Part shown: piece by piece, positions 1-10,895 of the stretch
Layout of the letters: each line of letters opens with the position of its first letter
Numbering within the stretch: the stretch's first letter is position 1
From: Octopus bimaculoides
Taxonomy: Eukaryota
Length of the DNA stretch: 42,795 nucleotides
Assembly (NCBI RefSeq): GCF_001194135.2
Contig: NC_068989.1
Span: 19,062,492 to 19,105,286 of the forward strand
Reading direction: 5' to 3'
Notes under the pieces: generated by a model
Told to the model about the DNA's origin: nothing
Database searches by the model: none
The model's input: only the letters and a program-made list of their open reading frames with translations
Position numbers and translations under genes: made by a program

Positions 1-143
1 TCTCCCCCTCTCGATTTTATCGATTCAGGCAGCACACCAAATAGAGTGCAGCTGCAACCATACCAACTTCGTTTTTTTTTTTCCTTGTCTTCTTTTTCAT
101 GCCATATCCGCGAAGAAAAATTCTTCAAACATACATACCGTGT

Positions 144-377
144 AAGACGGCGAGCAGGCAGAAACGTTAGCACGCGAGGCGAAACGCTTAGCTGCATTTC
201 GTCTGCCGTTACGTTCTGAGTTCAAATTCCGTCAGGGTCGACTTTGCCTTTCATCCTTTCGGGGTCGATAAATTAAGTACTAGTTATGCACTGAGGTCGA
301 TGTAATCGACTTAATCCCTATGTCTGTCCTTGTTTGTCCCTTCTATGTTTAGACTACTGTGAGCAATAAAGACATAA
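144..377 (+). mobile_element. tRNA-derived SINE, family A (tail type A1)
   Basis: Head aagacggcgag...gagttcaaattcc (A/B-box-like) and tail tgtctgtccttgtttgtccc...gcaataaaga; exact 13-bp TSD atacataccgtgt at 131-143 and 378-390; many paralogues in the window. Confidence 0.9.
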
Positions 378-384
378 ATACATA

Positions 385-768
385 CCGTGTTTCCCCGAAA
401 ATAAGACCTGGTTTTATATTAATTTTGCATCCGAAAAACGCACTAGGGTTTATTTTCGGGGATGTCTTATTTTTTGCAGAAGAAATCCAAGAAAGACAAA
501 AAAGTCTCATGTCCTTGTGTAAAAGGAAAGAATTGTAAAAAAGAAACCTGTGTTTTTAGTTATCAAAAGTATATTTATTTGCTTGTTGTTTTTAGTCAAG
601 TACAAACATTTCGTCTTCTGGAACATCGTCATGAATCATCAAACCCCAAACTTCAGCCTGAATTTCTTGCAAATTCATTTCCTGTAGAATCATGAACCAC
701 AATCTCTCATGTTTGGCAACATAACTTTCCTTAAATGAACACTTTTTGTTCAAGTACCCTGCTCGTAG
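385..768 (-). mobile_element. Tc2/pogo-like (TcMar) DNA transposon 3' fragment
   Basis: TA followed by TIR-like CCGTGTTTCCCCGAAAATAAGAC at 385; minus strand has an open C-terminal frame LRAGYLNKKCSFKESYVAKHERLWFMILQEMNLQEIQAEVWGLMIHDDVPEDEMFVLD*. Family assignment is from memory of TIRs. Confidence 0.55.
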
Positions 769-1002
769 TTATTTCTTTATTGCCCACAAGGGGCTAAACA
801 TAGAGGGGACAATCAAGGGCAGACAAACGGATTAAGTCGATTACATCGACCCCAGTGCGTAACTGGTACTTAATTTATCGACCCCGAAAGGATGAAAGGC
901 AAAGTCGACCTCGGCGGAATTTGAACTCAGAACGTAACTGCAGACGAAATACCGCTAAGCATTTCGCCCGGCGTGCTAAAGTTTCTGCCAGCTCGCCGTC
1001 TT
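769..1002 (-). mobile_element. SINE family A (tail A1), inverted relative to 144-377
   Basis: Near-consensus reverse-complement copy with full head and tail. Confidence 0.9.
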
Positions 1003-1126
1003 ACACGGTATGTATGTTTGAAGAATTTTTCTTCGTGGATATGGCAACACAACTGTCGGTAATTTTATTTTTCACTCAATTCATGACTTCTTTGACAAAT
1101 GTTTTCACACTGATTTCTCTCGATAA

Positions 1127-1265
1127 CATAACAGGCCGGATATTGTTGTTTGGAACAGACAAAGGATGTACCTACTGTCATAGAGGTCAGGTATCCTGCT
1201 CATGAGAATATCTCTTTGAAAATCTAAAAGAAAGAGGTTAACACGAACAATTGCTTCGATAACCT
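1127..1265 (+). mobile_element. R4/Dong-like (R2 superfamily) non-LTR relic, restriction-like endonuclease region
   Basis: HNRPDIVVWNRQR, then after a frameshift TVIEVRYPAHENISLKI; resembles the PD-(D/E) endonuclease motif of R4/Dong elements. Confidence 0.5.
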
Positions 1266-1458
1266 GATTGTATGTAAATTCACTTTTATTCCAATAATAA
1301 TTGGTACATTTGGTTTTCAGAGTAAACGCCTATTGATAATCTGGATAAGGCAAGGTTTTCAGTTGCACATTACAAATACAATTTGTAAGCAGAAGAGTAA
1401 TAGTATGTGTGTTCGTGCGTGCGTGTACGTATGTGTATACATGTATACTTATATATCG

Positions 1459-3445
1459 ATTAGACAGTCATTTAATCCAGTTGAAAAGTCCGCTCACACT
1501 CTTTTTTTTTTTTTTTTTTTATTCTCTTTACATAAACCGTCGGAGCTACCCAGTCTGAATGGTAGGCTTTTTCAATTATATCTGGACTTTCTAGTCTTTC
1601 GAGCTCTTTTTTGACGTGGTATGACGCCACAAACGGCACGTTCCGTTTGGGCCGGGAGACGGGTGTTGTCTTTTCTTTTACTGCGATCCTCGCTTTCGTT
1701 TTAGTGCAACAGTTTATCCTTCCAAAAAAACACTTGGAAACAATTTTTTAATTTATTGTCTCAGTTATTCCACTTCGTTCGAACTTATGATCGTGCCAAC
1801 TACATTTTCACAGAGGACGCTAATGGGGGTGTCCCACATTTTGAATAACTCCATACATTCTGTGCCAAATAGGTTTAGTGATTTTTTCAACACATAAATG
1901 ATTGTCTTTTACGTTTCACCTCGAAAAGTTACATTGCAAATACATTACCGATGAAATATTTCTTTCTTGTAACACTATATGCTACTTTATTTGATTTAAA
2001 TAATTTCGGCTTTTCCGATTTGTCGCCATGTTTCTTCATTTATGATAGTGATGTTACTACCCGTATCTAGTTGCATTTTGACACTAGTGGTTTCGATTCT
2101 CATCTTGACGAATTTTGTGTCCGTTGTACAAACTTTTTTCTCTGATGCCAAACTATTTATTTTTTCTCGTTTGGTCCAGTTTTCCGTCATCTTAGCTCTG
2201 CAGTGCGATTTAATGTGTCCTGTGTTCCCACAACGAAAACACTTTGCTTTTTTGAACGGATACTCTTTTCTCAGGCGCCTACCACCGCATGCCATATAGG
2301 GGTTTATCTCCTGTTGTATATCGTCCTTTCCGTGAAACACTTTATCCGTCTTCCGACTCTTCCACACTGGTTTTATCTGTAAACAATCTCTGCGTTGGAT
2401 TTCTTCTGTGTCTTGCCTTACTTTTAATATCATATCGCACTCTTCTGACAAATTCTGGAGAGTTATATCCTGGTTCATTTCCAGCTTTGCGAGAATTTTC
2501 GTTCTGACTTCTGCGCCCTTTTCAGCAATAAGTCCCTGAACAAAAATCAAGATCTCTCTGTTGACTCTATCCGCATATGTGGTAACGTCTTCGTTATCAC
2601 TTTTCAAACACTTCCAATGTGTACTAAATAACGATGTTTTTCCACTAAACTTCCTACATAAAATGCCGATTGTGTCTGTGAAATTTATGTCAGAAACTTT
2701 TTTAGGCAATATAAAGTTACAATATTTTTCGTGCTCTGTCGGCACCAGTTTCCTCAGAATTAGACGAGTTTTCATTTGGTCAGTCCAGTCTTGGCATTCT
2801 TTTTCGAAAATTTGTTCAAATCTTCGGTATAGGCGCAGGAGTGGCTGTGTGGTAAGTAGCTTGCCTACCAACCACATGGTTCCGGGTTCAGTCCCACTGC
2901 GTGGCACCTTGGGCAAGTGTCTTCTACTATAGCCTCGGGCCGACCAAAGCCTTGTGAGTGGATTTGGTAGACGGAGACTGAAAGAAGCTCGTCGTGTATA
3001 TGTATATATATATATGTGTGTGTATGTTTGTGTGTCTGTGTTTGGCCCCCCAACATCGCTTGACAACCGATGCTGGTGTGTTTACATCCCCGTAACTTAG
3101 CGGTTTAGCAAAAGAGACGGATAGAATAAGCACTAAGCTTACAACGAATAAGTCCTGGGGTCGATTTGCTCGACTAAAGGCGGTGCTACAGCATGGCCGC
3201 AGTCAAATGACAGAAACAAGTAAAAGAGATAAAAGAGAAAGAGAATATGCCTTGAAGGTGACTACTTCTTTCGGGTCATATTTAAATTCCTTTATTGAAT
3301 TTGCTACGTGGTCTGGCGAAAACGTATTTTCCGGTTTTGTTACCAACTCCATTAGTTGTAGCATTTGTTGCTGTAACATTTGTTGTTCTTGTTGTTGCTA
3401 TTTTTGCAACTCAACTACACCCTGTAGTAAAAGAGATACGACAAT
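1459..3445 (-). mobile_element. Ty3/Gypsy LTR retrotransposon relic: gag, zinc knuckle, aspartic protease, start of RT
   Basis: EFKYDPKEVVTFKAY/YRRFEQIFEKEC gag motifs; CFRCGNTGHIKSHC (CX2CX4HX4C); protease LDTGS; RT N-terminus CTKTKARIAVKEKTTPVSRPKRNVPF...DWVAPTVYVK...RV*ADFSTGLNDCL. Contains stops and frameshifts and is split by a SINE at 2831-3244. Confidence 0.9.
2831..3244 (+). mobile_element. tRNA-derived SINE family B (CORE-like centre, internal TA/TG microsatellite), inserted in Gypsy gag
   Basis: aggcgcaggagtggctgtgtggtaag...gggttcagtccc head, ggcaccttgggcaagtg CORE-like block, tail ...gcatggccgcagtcaaatgac(a/t)gaaacaagtaaaaga. Confidence 0.9.
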
Positions 3446-3626
3446 TATCAGATTATGTAAGCCGCTATTAAATTGCATAGAGAGATAGCTTGTGAGTTTC
3501 TATCTTAATTGTGATTCAGTGAAAATCCGGTCTATATGTTGCCGAAGCTGTATAAATTAGCTCTGTCAGGTGTTTATTGATAAGGATAACACGACTTTTT
3601 GACTTGACAAATTTTATTACTGGGTA

Positions 3627-4110
3627 CAGTAATACTTATATCAGACTTGTAGATTCAGCACGGTAGCACAATACGTATTGACAATACTTACAATATGCAA
3701 CAATACCCGGCAATTTTTTGTTTATATTTTTAATAATTAGGCATTTTACATCATTACATCTAGAGAAGGTAATAATCAAAAACCGAAGCATATGAATAGA
3801 TTTGTGAGCAAGAAACTGGAATTGGTAGTACCAGTATCTAATTTCCAATTAGGTGTTTCAGTGACGAGAGATTGTGAAGAGTATGGTGGCAAGAAGCAAA
3901 TAATGTTCGACAAATGTAAGGCTAAGAAGAAACTCAGTTCATTTTCGTTGAAATGTTATATTGACACAAATTCTATCATCAATTGTTGGTACAAGGAAGC
4001 GTTTGAGAGCTGCGAAAGATACAGTTGGTGAGGACACAATAATGAAGTGGGTTATTCAGTAACGTCTGCGATGTAGACTTGAAAAGGTTCCCTGGCAACA
4101 CAAGCATATA
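3627..4110 (+). mobile_element. Tigger/Jerky-like (pogo) transposon 5' part, CENP-B-type HTH relic
   Basis: TA|CAGTAATAC TIR-like start; KKLEL..LGVSVTRDCEEYGGKKQIMFDKCKAKKKL and RKRLRAAKDTVGEDTIMKWVIQ*R resemble Tigger/Jerky N-terminal HTH domains. Confidence 0.6.
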
Positions 4111-4170
4111 AGTGTAAGAACCATACATAGCGATACGTTGCATCAGATAAATGAACAATAAAAAAACAAT

Positions 4171-4587
4171 ACTCTTTTACTCTTTTACTTGTTTCAGTCA
4201 TTTGACTGCGGCCATGCTGGAGCACCGCCTTTAGTCGAGCAAATCGACCCAGGACTTATTCTTTGGAAGCCTAGTACTTATTCTATCGGTCTCTTGTGCT
4301 GAACCGCTAAGTTACAGGGACGTAAACACACCACCATCGGTTGTCAAGCGATGTTGGGGGTACAAACACAGACGCACAAACATATACACATACATACATA
4401 CACACATATACACATATATACGACGGGCTTCTTTCAGTTTCCGTCTACCAAAATCCACTCACAAGACTTTGGTCGGCCCGAGGCTATAGTAGAAGACACT
4501 TGCCCAAGGTGCCACGCAGTGGGACTGAACCCGGAACCATGTGGTTGGTAAGCAAGCTACTTACCACACAGCCACTCCTGCGCCTAT
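4171..4587 (-). mobile_element. SINE family B, full length
   Basis: Near-consensus reverse-complement copy of 2831-3244. Confidence 0.92.
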
Positions 4588-5475
4588 AATATTAATTAAT
4601 TATTTTTATGATCATTTAATTTATAAGATTATTACATTAATCGTTACAATATAGAAAATACAACTTCTTTGGTAGTTTCTGAGTACACAGCTTTGTTGTT
4701 GTTACTGTAACCAAATTGTCTTTAGTTCCATGGTCCATTGTGTATGCCAGCTTCATCTCTGTGATTACTAGGTAAGTAGAGAGGGTGATAAATCTACTTT
4801 CGCGCTTTGATCTGCATACTGAGAGAGTTGCCCTTTGACCAGAGATGGGTCGATCCAAAGAGAGAGAAAGCTATTTGGCTTCACGTATTTATATTGTTCG
4901 AAAGCAAAGAATTTCTCCTCTCTAATCAGCTTTGACCGATGAATGCCTTGATAAAGATCAAGAAGTCAACTTATTCTCATAAATTTCTTAGTGCCACAGG
5001 CTAAAACAATAGGCCTAGGTATTTGGTGGCTGTTCGCTACATAAACATTAAAAAAAAAAAAATTTGAAAAGAGATAAGAGTGGTAAAGGCGTTTTACAAA
5101 TCACCATGAAACGGTCAATAAAGTAAATCGAGGAAATCAAACCCATCAATAAGAAGTTAACACTTAATATCCTGTTAAAAATGTTCTCAGTCAAAAAAGT
5201 TGTTTCTGTAATGATCCTGTTCAACAGCTTATTTTAAGTTTGATATTTATTCCATCGCTATGTTTTGGGCGAATCGCTAAGCTACAAACTAAGACCGTTT
5301 ACCAAATGGTGAGAGATATACACGCATACATATTCACACACATACACATACATATTCACACATATATATACGTACATAAACATGCACATATTCATATTAT
5401 ATATGTTGACGTATAAGTTGATCCCCACAATTTTCAGGTTAATATCTAGTTTTTACAATATACTATAGTTACTGT

Positions 5476-5745
5476 GTGGAGGCGGTTTCGGTTCACAGAC
5501 CGGGCGTTGTGAGTGTTTATTGAGCGAAAACACCTAAAGCTCCACGAGGCTCCGGCAGGGGGGGGTGGCGACCCTGTTGTACTCTTTCGCCCCAACTTTC
5601 TCACACTCTTTCTTCTTGTTTCTTGAGTAACGCTGCAGTGGACTGGCGTCCCGTCCAGCTGGGAGGAACACATACACCATAGAAACCAGGAAACCGGGCC
5701 CATGAGCCTGGCTAGGCTTTAAAAGGGCGCATAAATAAATAAAAA
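5476..5745 (+). mobile_element. SINE family C with internal head deletion and V-domain-like tail
   Basis: 11-bp TSD atagttactgt at 5465-5475 and 5746-5756; body shared with 18141-18456; contains tggactggcgtcccgtccag (V-SINE-like) and an A-rich tail. Confidence 0.8.
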
Positions 5746-6321
5746 ATAGTTACTGTATGTATTTAGATATAAACTTATTAATACTATTAGTTTTTACTTA
5801 AAAACATGCTATGATCCTCTAATACACAATAATTTCCAACCTAGTTATTTCATATAGAAAGTACCCGAATAAACATTTTAATAGACAGAACCATATATTA
5901 CTATAAAGGAGCAGGAACAAATCCTATTGTTTATTATAATTACATTCACGTCTAGGATGCTCTACAGCTATATTAAATCAACAATCAGCTTTTGGTTAGT
6001 ACTTAATTTTTATCTACTTTGAAAGGATGAAAAGCAAAGTTGACCTTGGTTGCATTTAGGTAAGTACTAGTAATATTCTGTAAATTTATACTGCAGACAT
6101 TTTTTGTCCGACGTTCTAACGAGTCTACCAGTCCGTTTCTTTTCTTTTTCTTTTTCTTTTTTTTCTTGATCCTTACGACGCATAAGGTTAGTTACTTGGT
6201 TTCCGTGGTATAGAAGTGATTGCGATCTCAATATTTTCTTTGAACGGGACGACACTGTTCTAACAATATTTAAACAGGGAATCATTCGCATCAATTTTTT
6301 TACACCAATAACTTCAGCCTC

Positions 6322-6484
6322 GGCGAAGGAGTGGCTGTGTGGTAAGTAACTTGCTAACTAATCACATGGTTCCGGGTTCAGTCTCACTGCGTGGTACCTT
6401 GGGTAAGTGTCTTCTACTATAGCCTCGGGTCGACCAAAGCCTTGTAAGTGGATTTGGTAGACGGAAACTGAAAGAAGCCCGTCG

Positions 6485-6534
<50 letters not shown>

Positions 6535-6727
6535 TGTGTTTGTCCCCCAACCATTGCTTGACAACCGATATTGGTGTATTTACGTCTCCGTAACTTAGCG
6601 GTTCGGCAAAAGAGCGCCGATAGAATAAGTACTAGGCTTACAAAGAATAAGTCCTGGGGTCGATTTGTTCGACTAAAGGCAGTGCTCCAGCATGGCCGCA
6701 GTCAAATAACTGAAACAAATAAAAGAA
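6322..6727 (+). mobile_element. SINE family B, full length, expanded internal (TG)n
   Basis: Same head, core and tail as the other B copies. Confidence 0.9.
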
Positions 6728-7217
6728 TACAAAAAGAACATTGAAAGCTTTATTTTTCATTTATTATTAAATGCTGTTAGTTTGCTTCACTCTGGAAAAT
6801 TTATAGAAATTGCTACTAGTATAATTTTGAGTGTAGTCTAAACAAAGTAATATAAACGATTAGTCGTTGTCTAAACTATTTAGACCTCAGTATCCGCAAC
6901 ATTGGTGTAGTACACGGAAGAGGGAACAACTACCAATGCAGTTCAGCGCTAATGTTGTCGCAAGAACTTTTCCTGTTTGAGGAGGGAGGTCAGCGTCCAT
7001 ACCCTCCATTGTATGGCCTATGACAATGATGAGTGGAAAGAGAGTAATAAAGTGCAACTCTTGAGTTATTATCACACCGGAAAGCAAGTCGGAATTCATG
7101 CAACTGAGTGGACTTACCTAAAGGCACTCAGTGGCCATATGGGACTGTTAAACTGAACGACGAGTTAAATCTATCAGCCATTTTACATGCTTTTCATGGT
7201 TTTAGCATGAGAAACTT

Positions 7218-7280
7218 GTATGTATGTATGTATGTAATTTATGTATGTATGTATGTATGTATGTATGTATGTAGGTAGGT
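7218..7280. repeat. (TATG)n microsatellite
   Basis: Direct reading. Confidence 0.85.
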
Positions 7281-7690
7281 AATATTACGTCTGATGACGT
7301 AAGGTAAGGGGTACATACAATTAGAGCTCAGGTTGAGCTGCTATCTAAACTGCAATTTGAGCTGCAACTAAAATATATAAACATCATATACAGCTAAACT
7401 ATATAAATCTGACCTAAGACCAGATGTTAGCCTGTGTATCCATTTATTCTGTTATGTATGTATGTATGTATGTATCTTCTATTTCTCTTTTTAATTTAGA
7501 GAAAATTTTGACTGGCCGCCCACTTGGTAGCAAGGTTGTTAAAGAAAGCATCTTGTTTCGTTCATATTACTTTTAATCTTAAGGTCGTGCAGATTATTAT
7601 AGTCCCCATATATCTTGATCATTTATAGTGTATAAGTTAAGGATTTGCATTCTCTCCCCAAGAATCCAAGTTCAGCCATACTTTGTTCCT

Positions 7691-8385
7691 ATGTATGTAT
7701 GTATGTATGTATGTATGTATGTATGTATGTATGTATGTATGTAGGTGTGAATGTGTGTGTGTATGTAAGTATGTATGTGCANNNNNNNNNNNNNNNNNNN
7801 NNNNNNNNNNNNNNNNNNNNNNNNNNNNNNNNNNNNNNNNNNNNNNNNNNNNNNNNNNNNNNNNNNNNNNNNNNNNNNNNNNNNNNNNNNNNNNNNNNNN
7901 NNNNNNNNNNNNNNNNNNNNNNNNNNNNNNNNNNNNNNNNNNNNNNNNNNNNNNNNNNNNNNNNNNNNNNNNNNNNNNNNNNNNNNNNNNCTTTGTTCCT
8001 ATGTATGTATGTATGTATGTATGTATGTATGTATGTAGGTGTGAATGTGTGTGTGTATGTAAGTATGTATGTGCATATGCATGTATGTATGTATGTAGGT
8101 GTGAATGTGTGTGCATATGCATGTATGTATGTATGTATGTATGTGTATGTAAGTATGTATGCATGTAGGTGTGAATGTGTGTCTATGTGTATAAGTATGT
8201 ATGTGCATATGTATGTAGGTGTGAATGTGTGTGTATATGTGTGTATGTGTGTAAGTATGTATATGCATATGTATGTATGTACGAATGTATGTATGTATGT
8301 ATGTATGTATGTATGTATGTATGTATGTATGTATGTATGTATGTATGTATGAATGTGTGCGTGTATGTATATGCGTATGTATGCC
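7691..8385. repeat. (TATG)n/(TG)n compound satellite spanning the gap at 7782-7990
   Basis: Direct reading; source of the His/Thr- and Met/Tyr/Val/Cys-rich pseudo-ORFs. Confidence 0.9.
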
Positions 8386-8460
8386 GAAAACCAAATTTAA
8401 AAGACGCAAACAAAATAAAACTGATAATAGAGATATTAAATAATTATTTTGTATATTAGT

Positions 8461-8697
8461 TTGTGTATGTGTGTGTGTACGTGATTGTGTGTGTATTTAT
8501 GTGTACGTGCTTGTGTATGTGTATATGTGTGTGTATTTATGTGTACGTGATTGTGTATGTGTGTATTTATGTGTACTTCATTGTGTATGTGTGTATGTGT
8601 GTGTGTGTATATGTGTGTGTGTTTGTGTACGTGATTGTGTATGTGTGTGTGTGTGTGTGTGTGTATTTATGGGTGTGTGATTGTGTTTTTGTGTGTT
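8461..8697. repeat. TG-derived minisatellite (recurring gtgtacgtgattgtgt...atttat unit of about 26-40 bp)
   Basis: Direct reading. Confidence 0.75.
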
Positions 8698-9068
8698 AAT
8701 ATTCAGTAGAAATAGAAAAAAATAAAAGATAAAACGGTAAAGCAGAAAATACAGAATTAGATCAACAACAAACAAACATTCTGAAATTAATTTGGTGGTG
8801 GTGAGAGGTAAATGAATTAAGTGACAACAATAAGTAAACATAATTTGAGCCGGATAATTGTCGTTGTTGCTGTTTTTGTTATTGTTACTGCTGTAGTGTG
8901 TCAATAGTATTTTCAGTTTGTTTGATGTCTTCATTTCCAAGATAACAATGACAATTGTTAAAAAAAAAAAAACTGCGATATCTTCACAGACAATGGCGGA
9001 ATAAACATCTCCAACTTGACAAGCAAACTCGACTGATCTACGAGAGTGGCAAAGATAGAGAAACATTT

Positions 9069-9119
9069 TTCGTCATCATCATTGCCGCCGCCGCCGCCGT
9101 CGTCGTCGTCATCGTCGTC

Positions 9120-9159
<40 letters not shown>

Positions 9160-9173
9160 CGATGATGATGATG
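9069..9173. repeat. Compound trinucleotide repeat (GCC)n(GTC)n(GAT)n
   Basis: Direct reading. Confidence 0.9.
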
Positions 9174-10230
9174 CAATCTTCCTGATCTAAGAAAACTTCA
9201 GTCTAGGACCAATCGAGGAAACCCACAAATATAGGCTCATTCTGAACGCTATAAGATCAAGTGCCCACTCCACTCCAGATGTCTTTATGTCCGCATGTAT
9301 ATGTCTATGTAATTTTGCTCTTTATCCAAGTATGTATATTTGCATCTATGCATGTTTGCACGTGAATAATTACGGCATCATCAGCACCACATGGCTTGTT
9401 AAACTTTGGGAATCATGAAAACTAAAGAAGTTCTAGATATAGACAAAGGTCGACCAGAAAAACAGGGGTCTGTCACGAAAGATCTTGTCTCATTTACTCG
9501 AGGAATTTGTCCAAGAGTAAGAAAGGATAAAGATGATATAATTCGACTTTGAAAAGTCTTCCTTTTTTTTTCCCCCCTCTGAAAATTAATTGAAGAAAGG
9601 TTAACTGACTATGGAGCAATATCTTGTCCATCGAGTGTTGTTTCTGGTTTTTCTCACATTATCAACAACGGTTTTCCATTCCTCACCATCCTTCATTAGG
9701 TCATCAACGATGTAGACGAATTGGGTAGCTCAGCTGGGAATGAGATTTGGCATGGTTCAGTTTGGGGATCGAAAACGAGGCAATCTCCTCTGCTATTTCT
9801 GAAGCATCGGCAGATGGAGCTACTGGAACAACAGCCTCACTGAGACTTGCTGAAGTTGTCACTGGTTTTATGCAGTTCATCTCTCTCTCTCTCTCTCTCT
9901 CATTGTTTCGATCTATCTCCCTCCTTGTCTCCACCTCCGCTCAGCTATTTTGATTAGAAAGCCCTCAAATGACTCTTGCTACCACAAGTATAACAGCTGA
10001 AATTTCTACCCTGCAGTTATATTATATTTGTTACTGCACACACAATGTAACACAACTCCGGAACGATCCTATAGTCTTGCGTATTCATAAATATTTGCAA
10101 ATCCATGCTGATTGCTCCAGCCCACATATCATTTTATCTTTTATGCACCAACGTTTACAATCTGCCTATATTGATGATGATGATGATGGCAATAAAAGTA
10201 TGATGGGTGAAAATGATAATATTGGTTTCA

Positions 10231-10420
10231 AATTTTGATACAAGGCTGGTAATTTTGGGGGAGAGAGTAAGTCTATTTCAAAAGGTACTTATCTTATCGG
10301 CCCCGAGAGGACGAAAAGCAAGTCGACCTCGTCGGAATTTGAACTCAGGGCATGAAAATTGACGAAATGCCACTAAGCACACTTTATCCGGCGTACTAAC
10401 GGTTCTGCCAGCTCGCTGCC
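10231..10420 (-). mobile_element. SINE family A, older copy (tail A3)
   Basis: gtcgacctcgtcggaatttgaactcag core; caaattttgatacaaggc tail. Confidence 0.75.
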
Positions 10421-10450
10421 ATATGTGATAATACTATTAACATTAATAAT

Positions 10451-10661
10451 CCTATCTGCTATAAGCACAAGGCCTGAAATTTGGGAGGAGGGGTAAGTCA
10501 ATTACATCGGCCCAGTACTCAACTGATACTTATCTTTTTGATCCCCAAAAGGATGAAAGGCAAAGTCGACCTCGGCAGAGTTTGAACTCAGAACGTAACG
10601 CTAGTCAAAATACCGCTACGCATTTCGCCCGGCGTGCTAACGGTTCTGCCAGCTCGCCGTC
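10451..10661 (-). mobile_element. SINE family A (tail A2)
   Basis: Full head; tail agcacaaggcctgaaatttggga. Confidence 0.85.
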
Positions 10662-10694
10662 ATATACGATAACATTACTATTAACGTTAATAAT

Positions 10695-10880
10695 TATTTA
10701 TCGCCCACAGGGGGCTAAACATAGAAGGGACAAACAAGGACAGACAAAGGGTTTCAATCGATTACATCGACCCCAGTGCGTAACTGGTACTTATTTAATC
10801 GACTCTGAAAGGATGAAAGACAATGTCGACCTCGGCGGAGTTTGAACTCAGAACGTAACGCTAATCAAAATACCGCTAAG
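10695..10880 (-). mobile_element. SINE family A (tail A1), 5'-truncated
   Basis: Flanked by attaacgttaataat (10680-10694) and attaacattaataat (10881-10895). Confidence 0.85.
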
Positions 10881-10895
10881 ATTAACATTAATAAT

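Noticed and set aside
1191-1199. GTATCCTGC, a second U12-like donor
   Set aside because: Only 7 of 9 positions match, and it lies inside the R4/Dong endonuclease relic.
3490-3615. Possible 5' LTR and primer-binding site of the Gypsy element
   Set aside because: No second LTR copy and no TGG-type primer-binding site.
2865-6564. Recurrent ORFs MSSDVGG.NTD... and MRNWYLIYRPRKDERQS...
   Set aside because: Antisense readings of SINE B and SINE A; the repetition reflects the SINEs, not a gene family.
7681-8071. Duplicated block ctttgttcctatgtatg... on both sides of the 7782-7990 gap
   Set aside because: Typical unmerged contig-end overlap, so an assembly artefact.
7637-8699. Long His/Thr- and Met/Tyr/Val/Cys-rich ORFs, also at 11513-12030, 12882-13197 and 14396-15416
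   Set aside because: Translations of (TATG)n, (CA)n and (TG)n repeats.
8958-9185. Poly-His/poly-Asp and poly-Met ORFs
   Set aside because: Compound trinucleotide repeat with no supporting gene structure.
9611-9715. 34-aa ORF resembling a signal peptide (MEQYLVHRVLFLVFLTLSTTVFHSSPSFIRSSTM)
   Set aside because: The hydrophobicity is explained by the pyrimidine tract of the candidate acceptor at 9699, and there is no strong donor.
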